Source of the DNA: Trichoplax sp. H2 | Taxonomy: Eukaryota | Assembly (NCBI GenBank): GCA_003344405.1 | Contig: NOWV01000030.1 | Span: 372,001-436,000 of the forward strand | DNA: 64,000 nucleotides | Direction: 5' to 3' | Shown here: piece by piece, positions 24,720-36,903 of the stretch | Numbering within the stretch: position 1 is the stretch's first letter | Layout: each line of letters starts with the position of its first letter | Notes under the pieces: model-generated | What the model saw: only the letters and a program-made list of their open reading frames with translations | Told to the model about the DNA's origin: nothing | The model's database searches: none | Made by a program: the position numbers and the translations under genes

Positions 24720-26185
24720 TAAAGAAGCTGTTTGATTGTTATATGGTTTGGCAACATTGGGATGATAGTGATCTAGGACAAATAATTTAATTTTGAGTGA
24801 CTTCTTATTCTTAGAAATTACCTCTTCGTGCTTGTCTTAATATCTATACATATTTTCCATGTTGTTGTATGATTTGGCAGTATTTGGATGATAGTGACCA
24901 GGAACTGACTATTCAATTTTGAGTAATTTCTTATAAATAGGAATAGCGTCTTCATGGTTGCTTTGGTCGAACTAAATACACATTTCCTAGATTGCTATGT
25001 GATTTGGTAACATTGAAATGATTGTGATTAAGAACTGATAATTCAGTTTTGAGTGACTTCTCCTAAATGGAAATAACTTCTTCATGCTTGTCTTGATGTC
25101 CGTATATATTTTTTTGTTATATGATTTGGTAATAACGGGATGATTGTGGTCAAAGGCTGATAATTGAATTTTGAGTGACTTCTCATACATAGAAATAGCC
25201 TCCTCATGCTTGACTTGATATCTATATGTAGAACCCATGTTGCTATATGGTGCATTAAAAACAGAATAATTATGATCAAAGACTGATAATCTAATTTGAG
25301 TGACTTCTGATACGTAGAAATAGCCTCTTCATGCTTGTCTTATGCAACAGAAACAATTCCTAGATTGTTACATGATGTGACAAAATCTAAATGATTATGA
25401 TCAAGAGCTGACAATATAATTTTAAGTGACTTCTCAACATAAAAATAGCCTCTTCATGCTAGCCTTGATGCCTACATGCAGAACCCATGTTATTATATTA
25501 TTTGGTAAGATCAGGATGATTATGATCAAGAACCGATAATTGAATTTTGAGTGACTCCTTACGCATAGAAATAGCCTCTTCACGCTTCCATTAATGTATA
25601 AATATATACATGAAAGCGTAAATTTTGATAAAAATCAATTATATATATTTACTGGTAAAGTTGTATAGTTCTCGTCATTACATGTAGTTCTTAGATTGTT
25701 ACATGATTGGGCTACATCGGGATTATTGGGACCAAGAATTGACAATTGAATTTTGAGTGACTTTTCATACATGGAAATAGCTTCTTTACGCTCGCTTTGA
25801 TGTCTATACGCAGCTTCCTTGTTGTTATAAAATCTAGAAAATGTGTATAGCTATCAAAGCAAATATGAAAAGCTATTTCTATATATGAAAAATCGCTCTA
25901 AATTTAATTGTCAGTTTCTATACATGGGAAGTTTCTCAAAATTTAATTGTCACCCTTTGATACAGTAACATCGGGATGATTGTGATCAAAGGCTGATAAT
26001 CAAATTTTTGAGTGATTATTTATACCTAGAAATGGCATCTTTTTGCATAACTTGATAAAAATACGCATTTCCAAGATTGCAATATGCTACAGCAATATCA
26101 AGATAATCGTGAACAAGAACTAATAATCTAATTTCGAGTGACTTCTCATGCATAGAAATAATCTCTTCGTGCTTGCCTTGAATGT
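24720..26185 (-). pseudogene. Decayed TPR-repeat gene (42-aa/126-bp KLC/NPHP3-like TPR units, about 10 copies)
   Basis: Recurring units translate as Y.N.G..Y..QGKHEEAISMYEKSLKIQLS.FDHNHP.....SY with many stops and frameshifts. ORF 24987-25238 gives YRYQVKHEEAISMYEKSLKIQLSAFDHNHPVITKSY. Confidence 0.85.
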
Positions 26186-27992
26186 CTAGGTTACGGCCAA
26201 AACCCGAAATTGGCCAATACGCGTATAATCAACAAGATTAAGGAGCTCTATATTGTGTAAAAAATGTTTCACTTTGTGTTTATTATTGCATGCAGATAAC
26301 TCTTAGCCATTTGAAGTTAATTATTCTTAAGCATAAGTCTTAGGAGTATTTTAAATACACCATAAAAGTACGAAATTATAGCTACAAGTATGTTGTACTT
26401 GTGTCTATAAACAAACTGAGACTGACTATTACTTGATTTTTTATGGACTTGATAAGAATATTTCGTTCAGCTATCAAACTAGGATAATTTAAGAAGGGAA
26501 ATTTCGTCATAATACTTCCGGTATAATAGATATGCCAGGGGTTATTTTTACCTCTAATATCTAGAACTATTATTCTCAGCATGTGCACTAATATCTGAGT
26601 AGCGCGATTGAGCATTGGAGTGTAGATGACGAGCATGTTTAAAAGTTTATCTTACAGACTTTAGCCTCAGAGTAATTAAGAAGAACCCTAGTAGACTATC
26701 GATGACTATAAACAGTATGATGCTGAGCTGCTTTTAATGATAGTAATCAATATAGATAAGTAACTTATATATTTGGTTATAGAATACAATACTATAATAT
26801 AACAACAATACTAATAATAATCGTTCTACTTCCACAATACAGGAAGACTATTGCTGATTGTAACTATAGATGCCACGAAAAGTTTAGCCAAATCTTATAT
26901 AAACTAGTAATGTCACAGGTTTTATGGTATAAATTCTTTCTAAGCGCTCCGTAGTAGTTCTATTCGGCTAGTATAGAGCTGTGTGTTGTTCTACCTTTGT
27001 ATAAAGGTCAATCAATTTCTAATTTTCACGAACTTTGGGATTTATTTTCATCAGAATCCTTATTGTACTGTATTTATACTACTGCTATAGTCTTGGATTG
27101 AAGTCGAAGAACTCCTTATTGGTGGGTATCTAATTTTGAGCACTAATGATATATAACTAGTAGCGTGCTCGCTTGCTATACTTCGCGTTCATATCTTCTA
27201 TTCTCCATGGCTATGCCACAATAAACAAACTGATAAAATTCAGGCTGATAATATTTCGTCATTAAGTCAATACTAACTTAGACTTTCTACGTAGAATAAT
27301 TAAAATGATCTATAAGAGCTTGTGCTGTATAATGTATGTACTGTATAATGTGTCAGCGGCTTTTTAGGGAGGAGGGTAGGATTGCTACGATTAAGTTAAG
27401 TATTTATTATCATTAATGGCTTCTATTAAGTATAGCATAGTAGTGCTATATACCTTGATGCTGTTTCAGATAGATTGAGCTTTTCTAGATGGTGTACAGT
27501 AAGCTCCTATAGTCGATAGATATACTACTATTATAAATTATTCTGTACATTGATAACGTTCAATAAATTGATATCTAAATGGTTGGCCTCTAATGAGTAT
27601 TGCCATCGATCGAGGTGTTATTAAGGTGTCTACACGATAAACAGTATCTTCATACGTGAATTTCTACTTTTGAGAACTTTAGTGAATACCAAAATTATTC
27701 AATATTTGCACAATTTGGAGTGCAATATTGCATCATTGATTGACTTTAAAGTTCTGATGATAAAACAGAATATCATGTTTTGAGAATACAGGTATTACCT
27801 TTAAATATTGACGCTGTATACTAGAGTTAATGACCTGCCGTAGCATGTGACAAACAGCGACTTTTCTTGTACGTTATCGCTCAGCTTGAATGAGTAATGG
27901 ATCAAATTCTATCTGTAAAGAAAGACACAGTATACAATTAAAATAATTTTAAGATTACGTAAAAATATATATTTAACTTAAAGACCAGACAT

Positions 27993-28008
27993 GCACGTGA
28001 TCACGTGC
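27993..28008. promoter_or_regulatory. Perfect 16-bp palindrome containing two CACGTG E-boxes, ~700 bp upstream of CLCA-B
   Basis: GCACGTGATCACGTGC is its own reverse complement; regulatory function is inferred. Confidence 0.35.
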
Positions 28009-28246
28009 TAGGTCCATTAGCTAAGATAATTGGTAAAATTTTGGACATGAAATCAATAACGGAAGTCAAGTAAGCTTTCTACTAATGTTTATCCGTGGAT
28101 GATTTTTTATGATAGTAGATACCCTTTTATTATCAATTAAAAAGATTTGGATAGCTGTATAGCCTCTAATAGATGGTTTGGAAGAAATCGAATAATGCCT
28201 GTACGTTTATTCGATTATCTAGTATTTGTTCTTTAGAATTTATGTT

Positions 28247-28266
28247 ATGATTCATTATCAAAATAA
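28247..28266 (+). promoter_or_regulatory. 20-bp element conserved upstream of both CLCA paralogs (copy B)
   Basis: Identical to 14740-14759 at an equivalent distance from the start codon. Confidence 0.5.
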
Positions 28267-28707
28267 TCAATGACCAATAGTCTGCCTTAAATGGAATTAA
28301 TGAACTGGTGATGAGGGTAAATTAAAGTCCACTAGCATAGTTTCCAGATTTAAATTTAGACCAGATATGCATATAATTATTTGCATTATATATATATATA
28401 GGTTACATATATACCATAGTAGTACGAGATAAGCTCCTCAGTATTCATTTGTCTGGAACATGAGATATACTACGACGTGTTAATTTCAATCGTAGCTGCA
28501 ACATAGTGTATAGGAATTGGAATCGTCGCTTTAAAGAAGGAGGGATAACAATTTTTTATACAATCTACGGTACTGCTGCAGTAATTTGTCAGGATTAAAA
28601 GCTATCTCTAAATTATCTTTCCTATCTATATCTGGTAAGATATTTTTATCGGTTTCTAATCATTTTATTACAGCATTAATTGGATTACAAAAATCTGTCA
28701 AATATCG

Positions 28708-31700
28708 ATGGCCCGATTTTATATTATATTGGCAGTATTACTAAGCTGTGGACTCCATCATGCTTTGGGCTCTGCTCGATTGATCAATAATGGATATGAA
28801 GATGTTGTTATTGCTATTAGCAATTCAGTAAGCGAGAGGCAATTTCCTAATTTATTAGATCAAATTCAACGTATATTTACTGAATCATCATCGAGGTTAT
28901 ATACGGCATTTCGACGTCGAGCTTACTTTCGATATATTACAATTGTAATTCCACGCTCGTGGGAAGATAATGCCAAGTATGAGCCAGCGACCAAACAATC
29001 TTTCCATACCGCTGATTTTCGAATTGATCATGATACAGTAAGTATTAATGGAAAATGTTCCGGTAGAGCCTTAGTTAGAACTATTGGTGGTTATCAATGC
29101 GGAAAATCGAATGACTATATTGAAATGACACCGAATAGTTTTTGTCCAAGCAATGGAGCTTTTCCTTTTCTCGGTAAAAATATCGTTCGTCAATGGGCTC
29201 GCTATCGTTATGGAATCTACGATGAAGAAAGTAAAGGGTCTAAATTATTATATCGAGGTAGGTAATTTTTCACCTTATTTATTCAAGTCCGAGGTGCGCG
29301 TGAAAGGGTCCTATACTTCAGGATGTGTCTTCTTGCTAGAGCTATTTCACGGAATCTTCAATTGAATGATAATTGACAACTATTAATAGGATGTTATTGA
29401 GCATCGTGATTACTGTCTTCAATAAAATAATATGCTGGTAGTTGTTAATTGCAGTAATTCGATACTGTTAGTAACTATTACTCTCTGTAAGTAGCCTCAT
29501 AGTAGTTTAGGATATACTGTAAGCTTGCATAAAATAAATGAAGCTTTATTCCGGACATGACACATCAAAGTAGGTTATCATTTTTAACTTTCGGTTTACT
29601 CAGGTCTAGTAGGAGTGCATATAGAATTTCTGTTGTATTATCTACACTGTTATTTAAAATATTAGTATTTGCAAGATTGAAAATAAGCGAGTTTACATTA
29701 ATATTAGGTCATATGGTTCATTTTGCTAGGTATCTGTGTCCAATGCGATAGTTTACTAACAAGTTGCAGTAGTTCTTGGATACAGATAATAACTGCTGAC
29801 TTTAGTAAACAGCTAGGGCATATTCTGTTGTAAGATATAAGTATACCTAAAAATCGATATGAACTAATTTAATGTTCTACATCACTAATGTTACTACTAT
29901 AAACATATTTGACAAAACTTTAAGCTAAAAAATAAGTATTTTGGAATATATACCGAACTCCGTTTATTAAATATTTTATACAATTTTTTATCACAAATAC
30001 TTCTTGTAGAAATTCGGTATTAACTAACTTACTGTTGTACATCACTAAATGTTGCTACTGTAAACATCTATAATCAAAACTTTAAGCTAAAAATTTAAAA
30101 TTTTAGAATATATATTCCGTTTACTAAATATTTTATACACATTTTTTATCATAAATAGATCATGAAGAAAATCGATTCAAACCAATTCAATGTTCTAGAT
30201 CATTAAAGGTTCATATTGTAGACATGTATAACAAAACATGCAGCTACAACCCAGTGTCTGGCTCTGGTCTTAAAGTTGGGTGCCGTATCGTCGTTGCTCG
30301 TTCAAGTCTAGCTGCTGGATCTATCATGTATGAGTATCGAGTTGATGGAGTAAGTCAAATCCAATTACTAAAGCTAAAACTCATTTTTAAACAAACAATT
30401 TAATTTGTCAAGTTTTCGTACAGCTTATTTTGAGTGGGACACTAGTTATTGGAGATTTCAGATTGACATCTTTTTAAAGTAGTTGTTTCTAATATTTATA
30501 TCATAGATCGAACATTTTTGTGATGATGGAGGAAAAGATGCAGCAAACGCTAGAACTCGCCATAACCCGATCCCCTCAACTTATCAAAATATTTATTGCG
30601 ATAGCAAAAGCGTTTGGACAGTTATTAAACGTCATCCAGATTTTGTTAATGATAAAAATCCCCCAGCCAATATTAGATCTACCATACCCAAATTTCGATT
30701 TGTTAAATCAGAGCCATTGCGTATTGCTATGGTATTGGATAAATCGGGTAGCATGAGCGGAAGAAATATGCAGCTATTATCACAAGCAGCTATAAATGTT
30801 ATTGCACAATCAAGAAATTTTGATGGAAAATTAGGTAATTTACCGATATTAAAAGATTAAATTTGTGGGCGATTATTATTTAAAGAAATACAGTATTACT
30901 TTAATATTGTGCTATATTCAGTAAAGAATCAAATATGAATATGCAACAACTTTAGTTTAGTAGAGATAAATAAGGTTTTTACTTTGAAGTTGAAAGTGGG
31001 CAGGTATGCTTGATAATAGCTTTCTTATAGCCTAGCCATAGAATGTATAGCAAGTTTCTACAATAATCTGGATTAGGATTATAGCTATATCAATAGAAAT
31101 GATATCATTTTGGGTTATGTACTAGAACGATTTTAACTGCGCTTTTACCATCGATTGGTAGGGATCGTAACATTTAGCACGAATGCGACAGTTACTTGCC
31201 CACTTACGGCCGTCGAAAGTGATCAAGAAAAAAATAAATTAATAAACTGTTTACCATCAGAGGCTGAAGGGGAAACTAGCATTGGCAGCGGTATTCTTAA
31301 AGGCATTGAGGTAAGTTAACAGAATGGAATATCAATTCTTTCTTATATCATGCAGGGCTGTAAAATTTTATCCTTAACATTCGATCGATTTTCGTAATTT
31401 TTTAGCATTAGAATAAATTACATTAATGTAACATAATTTTGAAGATATTGTGTACGATAATCGATGGCTATGCCATTTATTGGCATATTCAAACAAAATT
31501 GTGTGTTTCTATCATATCACGGGCTTTAGAAGGAATATACATATGACTAGATCAATATTGTTTCGATTTTTTATTATTTTTACTCTTTTATGATGCAGAT
31601 GTGAATACATTTTATTATTCATCAGAAAATTAAATTTTACCAATTAAACTTTCAATTTGGTTCTCTTAGCTTTTACGTAAATCAAAGGATGGACGAAAAC

Positions 31701-34700
31701 CTAGCGGTGGCCATTTAATAGTTATGAGTGATGGACAAGAAAATTATCGACCTTATATTGAAAATATAATGACCAATATTACTGAAAATGAAATCGTTAT
31801 AACCAGCATATCACTGGGACAACATGCTTCAGAAAACCTAGAAGACTTATCTAAATTGACCGGCGGATTATCCTATTTCGCATCTACTAATAGCACTTTG
31901 ACATTAATCAACGCATTTACGACAATTGTTAGTAATTTAGTTGGACCGGATAATATTAAATACACAACACCAATTCAGGTAAGTTCTGACTAGCATATTA
32001 GTCATAAGAATTTTAATAAGCACTACTCATAAGTAAAAGTAATTAATACCAATGCTAAGGTAGATGGTTAGGCATGTAAATTATTGAAATAGGAAGAATT
32101 GTCATTAAAAATCTATTTTTTTGACAATTAAATAGGTAGAAGTAACTTATTTGTAACACTTGATTGATGTCCTAGCAAATCTAATATTTTTGAAAGTCAA
32201 ATTAAATTGTACCTTGGAATTTGTATATTTCTATATTTTAGATATATAGTGAAGAAGTCATTGCAAGACCTGGTAAATCATATCGAGATTCTGCACTACT
32301 GGATCGATCGATTGGAGATAACGCACAGTTTACTTTTACCTGGGAATTGCGCCAGATCAACGTTATTTTAACCTCTCCATTAGGGATTAATTATACTTCT
32401 ACTTCATCAGAATATACTGTATACAAACAGCAAAAATTAATCAGAATTACAATAGCTAAAGCCCAGGTAAAATATATAATTACTATAGATATTTTCATGT
32501 AAAGTTTGAAAATAATACCTGAATAGATTTTAATTTTAAGGCATTGCAATGATCACTGCTCCTATTTATTTTACTCTGGCCGAGACTAATAATGCAATCC
32601 ATAGCTAGATAGCATTTATCATCTATTTATAGTATAGTACTAATTCTAGTTTATGGAATTTATGCTGTAATTTCTAGTCCGGTAGATGGAAGTACACTAT
32701 TGAAGATAAGTTATCAAGGCAAATGCGAGACTTGAGAGCTATTGATCAATCTCAAAGCGTTAGTGTTACGGTATCAGCATTGTCTAAAGCTCAAAGTAGT
32801 AATAATGAATCCATTGCTGCTAAAGGAGTGGTTACCATTGAAGTTAAACTTAACAAAGAGAAAATTCAATATCCAGATGTAGTAAGCTTGAATTCTTTTC
32901 ATCTCTATTGCTTTTTTGATTAGTGTATGACAGCATAGACATTGCTACTACAGCATAATTTGAATCATGCTAAATCTAATATTTTTATTACAGCCTATCG
33001 TTTATGTTGAAGTTAAACTTGGTCATTTAGCAGTATTAAATTGCTCTGCGGTTGTGAAAGTAACTGTACCTAATCAGTCTAAAAATTACATCCTCCGCGT
33101 TCGAGATGATGGTGCCGGTAAGAAAGAAGTTTCGTTGGCTATCCTTAATCATAGCCAATAATACAACGATTATAGGAGGGTATACAGGCGCATATTAATA
33201 ATGAATTTATTTTTTGCTATTACAGGTGCGGATATTACCGCAAATGATGGAATCTATTCTGCTTATATGACGAAGCTTGATGGCAATGGACGTTATGCTT
33301 TGCTTGGAATGGTAAACGCAAATGCAAATCAATCCTATATCGATACAAATTATAATTTCGGTGCTAGGAATACGATAGATAATCAAGCAGATATTAAGAA
33401 TTCATCCTCAGCTAGGCAGATCGAATATGTATATGCATTTTCTAGAGTGAAATCAGGCCCTTTATTGGAAGTTTCACATTATTCGTTAGGTAAATCTTTT
33501 AAATATAACTAATATCATTGTACTGTACATATAGCAACCTATACGTATATGTGTATACCTCTCTATTTTGTACAGTATAAAATTAAAATTTGTTGCGATA
33601 GCAAATTGAAGATTTTATCTATTTATTTTCTATAACTGACGTCTTAATAGATATATTAAAAGCTGGTATTAAATGAATCGAATTTATAGGTACGGATCAA
33701 TTGCCGCCGGCTCGTATACATGATCTTCTTGCAATCGAGACGATATCTAAGAATAAAAGTGTAATATTGAAATGGACTGCAACAGGCAATGACTTAGATC
33801 AAGGCACAGGTAGAAATATTATAATATAAACTTTATAATACTTTAAATAAGACAACCAGTCCTAACTATTTATCACCGTTTATAAACCTTGAAATAGCTG
33901 AAGGCTATGAAATTCGGTATGCTAGTACAAGCTTGGAGCTGGAGCAATTCAGAAACAATTTTGCAACTGGCCAAATTGCATCATTTCAGTCTTTATTAGC
34001 AACGCCTAATGCAACTAATGTAACGAAACCTAAACCAGCTGGTTCAACTGAAGAGATGATAGTTGCTTTAGATGAAGTTAAATATGGGAGAACTTACATG
34101 ATTGGTTTAATAGCATATGACAAGAGTTTGCAATCAAAAGTATCTAATTACGTGTACGGAGTATTTCAACACGTGTTTCAACCCTTCCAATTTCAAATTA
34201 AAATCGAGCATCATCATCTTGGAATCTTGAAAATAAGTTGGAAAACAGCATGTAGCAGCTGTACTAATAGTATTGGTAAATAAAGCAGTTACTGACGTAT
34301 ATAAGTTAAGATTTTGATATCTACTTCGGTAAATTATTATTTTTAGAATTTGAAATATTGTTTCTACTGTGCTAAAAAATTTGCAATGCATGGACTTGAC
34401 ATAGGCGAATATTTGTTATCACGCCTAAAAAGGAAATTTATTTTATATTTTAGAATGTAAGATCATTCAACGTTAGGCTTTGTCAGTAGTAGATATGATA
34501 TAATAGACATAGAGCAAATCATTAACATTAAGATGATTATTTAAACTATAGATCGATAAAGTTATAACATTACTTTTTCAATGATAGTCCCTACAGGTTA
34601 TGAAATACAATATAGTACAGATCCACAAGACTTAACGGAAGACATCATGGCGGGACAGGTTATCACCCAAAATGAAATTATCAATCGTAAAACAGTCACT

Positions 34701-36903
34701 GTGGATTTTTCGTCAGATATCTTGCATGAATATACAATCAGAATAAAGAGTCATAAGTATTCGCTTCCATATTACTTCGCAGTTCGCGGATATGACCGAT
34801 ATCGCTACTATTCAAATTATTCTAGCATTGCAGATATAGAGTTCTATAAAGTTAAATCACCTCGGCATTTAAGAGTTACAATTCTATCTCATGCTTTTAA
34901 AGAATTGCAAATGGAATGGAATCTCGACTTATCAACAGGATTAAGTAAGTGTATAGTTATCAAATCCTCGACTAAAGTACAAACAGTGAATACATGCATC
35001 TATATTTTTATATTTATAAAGTTGTAAAATTGCTAAAGTTTGCTTTACCGATTCTATTAGCATATCAAAATTTATTAAAATATGATACTAAATATTTTAT
35101 ACCATTTTATTTTGTACATTTTAGTGCCAGTAAAATATAAAATTTGCTGGATAAAAACTTTAACATCCAATGGTAATGAGAACAGAGAATCTTGTAATGT
35201 GATATCAACTGATCTATTATCTCGAACTAATGAAGATATTAGCCTTCGCTTTAAATTTAGAGAACTACATTATGGTTCTGTATACAATTTTCGTATCCAA
35301 GCTATAGACATCTTTGATGGTATTTCATCGGCCAGCAACGTAGCAAAAGTAGAAATATTTCATTTATCGCGACCCATAGATGCTTTTACTAATATTATAA
35401 GTCAAAAGACAAAGACAGTCGCTATCAGCTGGAAAGTATTACTAAATGATCTGCGAATATCGACAAGTAAGTTATAGTATTTCGTTCATTAATTTATTTT
35501 TCTGAGCAATTCTTATTGTATTAAGATAGACAACTTACATAATAGTATTTCGATAAATAAAAGCAAATAAAAGTGGTAGTTTATATAATTAATTTACTAT
35601 CGATACCGGTATTGAATAGGGTATGACTACTGTACCTCTTAAGAATTAGAATTTGTAAACATATATAAATAATTATATCGTACAGGAATCTCTAAATTAC
35701 AAATTAAATCTTTTACTATCAGTGCCTTAACTGGTATTTAAAATAACTAGTCAAAATTAAGAATTTGCAAATACCATCAAATGAATTTAGTGATTAGAAT
35801 AATTTAATTCAATATCCATTAAGAAATGAGAAGATTTCCATTCTTTTCGTCAAGTAATTGATATAAAGTGAAATGATCCAGTAGGTTACAGTCTATCGTC
35901 GGAGAGATGCTTCAATCATGGATCTGATATGATATTAAATTAGGATAGCATAAATGACAACTGAAATAATAGAATTACTTTCTAATGAAAATTTTTCTTT
36001 AATTTCAACGTATTTAGATGCGAATTATTGCAGAGTAGCCATCAGTAATCAACCAGCGTTAGTAAACAAGTTCTCTATTTTGGCTAATAAAACGGTTCAA
36101 ATTAGAAATAACGGTTTTAGAGGCTATCAAACAATGTCCGCGTACTTCCAGTTAAAGGGGAGCAATGGTCCTAATTATGCTTTTATCAGCTGCTTCGACA
36201 AATATCAGTTACGTTCAAATCTATCAGATCCAGTTGTATTTGTTTTTCAAAAGCTACGGATTACAAAGCCTTATAACTTAGATTTAATAGTCAATTATAA
36301 CAAGTCAACAGTTGTACTAACATGGGAAATGACGAAAGAAAATATGGTCACTATTCCAGGTAATTTAATGATATAATATTTCATAATTGTTAATATTGGA
36401 AGATATTCTAATTCTTTAATGAGAGGTGTTTCTGATTAATACTGAATTGTATAATTATAATTTACCTATATAATGTGGAGTACTTTGTTCTTTTAGCGCC
36501 TTATTATGAGATACGATACAGCTACGACATCTTGGTCTTTAAAGAAGATTTCGACCATGGTAAAGTAGTTGCTGACGATTCTATCATCAGGTTTGAGCAA
36601 CTCATGAAGAACAGCAAGAGGACAGAATCATGCGTTTTACCTTCGTCTCTCTTTAAAATAAATCAAACATTTGCCATTGCGATTCGATCTTATAGCATTA
36701 AACTTGATCAATCGGAAATTTCTAATTACAGAATGGGGCTATTACTTAAAAGCTCAACTATCCCTCCCGATCATGTACCATTTGAGCAGCATTATATTGC
36801 TGTTATCGCAATTTTTGGTAGTGCTTTGTTAATACTGACGGCTATCATTGCAAAGTATATTCGCACATTTAACTCGTATAAGCGTCGAATAGATCACTTT
36901 TAA
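28708..36903 (+). CDS. CLCA-like protein B, tandem paralog of A with the same architecture; 15 exons, ~1429 aa
   Basis: Exons 28708-29257, 30159-30349, 30507-30834, 31162-31310, 31670-31978, 32242-32466, 32678-32881, 32994-33117, 33226-33489, 33690-33809, 33898-34275, 34588-34944, 35125-35466, 36018-36359, 36497-36903 join in frame (4290 nt). Intron positions and phases match copy A. Confidence 0.92.
29880..30158 (+). repeat. Duplicated 3' end of CLCA-B intron 1 (~120 bp x2)
   Basis: catcacta..tgtt.ctact.taaacat...caaaactttaagctaaaaa...tccgttta.taaatattttatac...tttttatca.aaata occurs at 29880-30000 and 30040-30158. Confidence 0.8.

Noticed and set aside
26382..26636. 84-aa minus-strand ORF upstream of the TPR relic
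   Set aside because: No recognisable domain and no convincing splice link to the TPR array.
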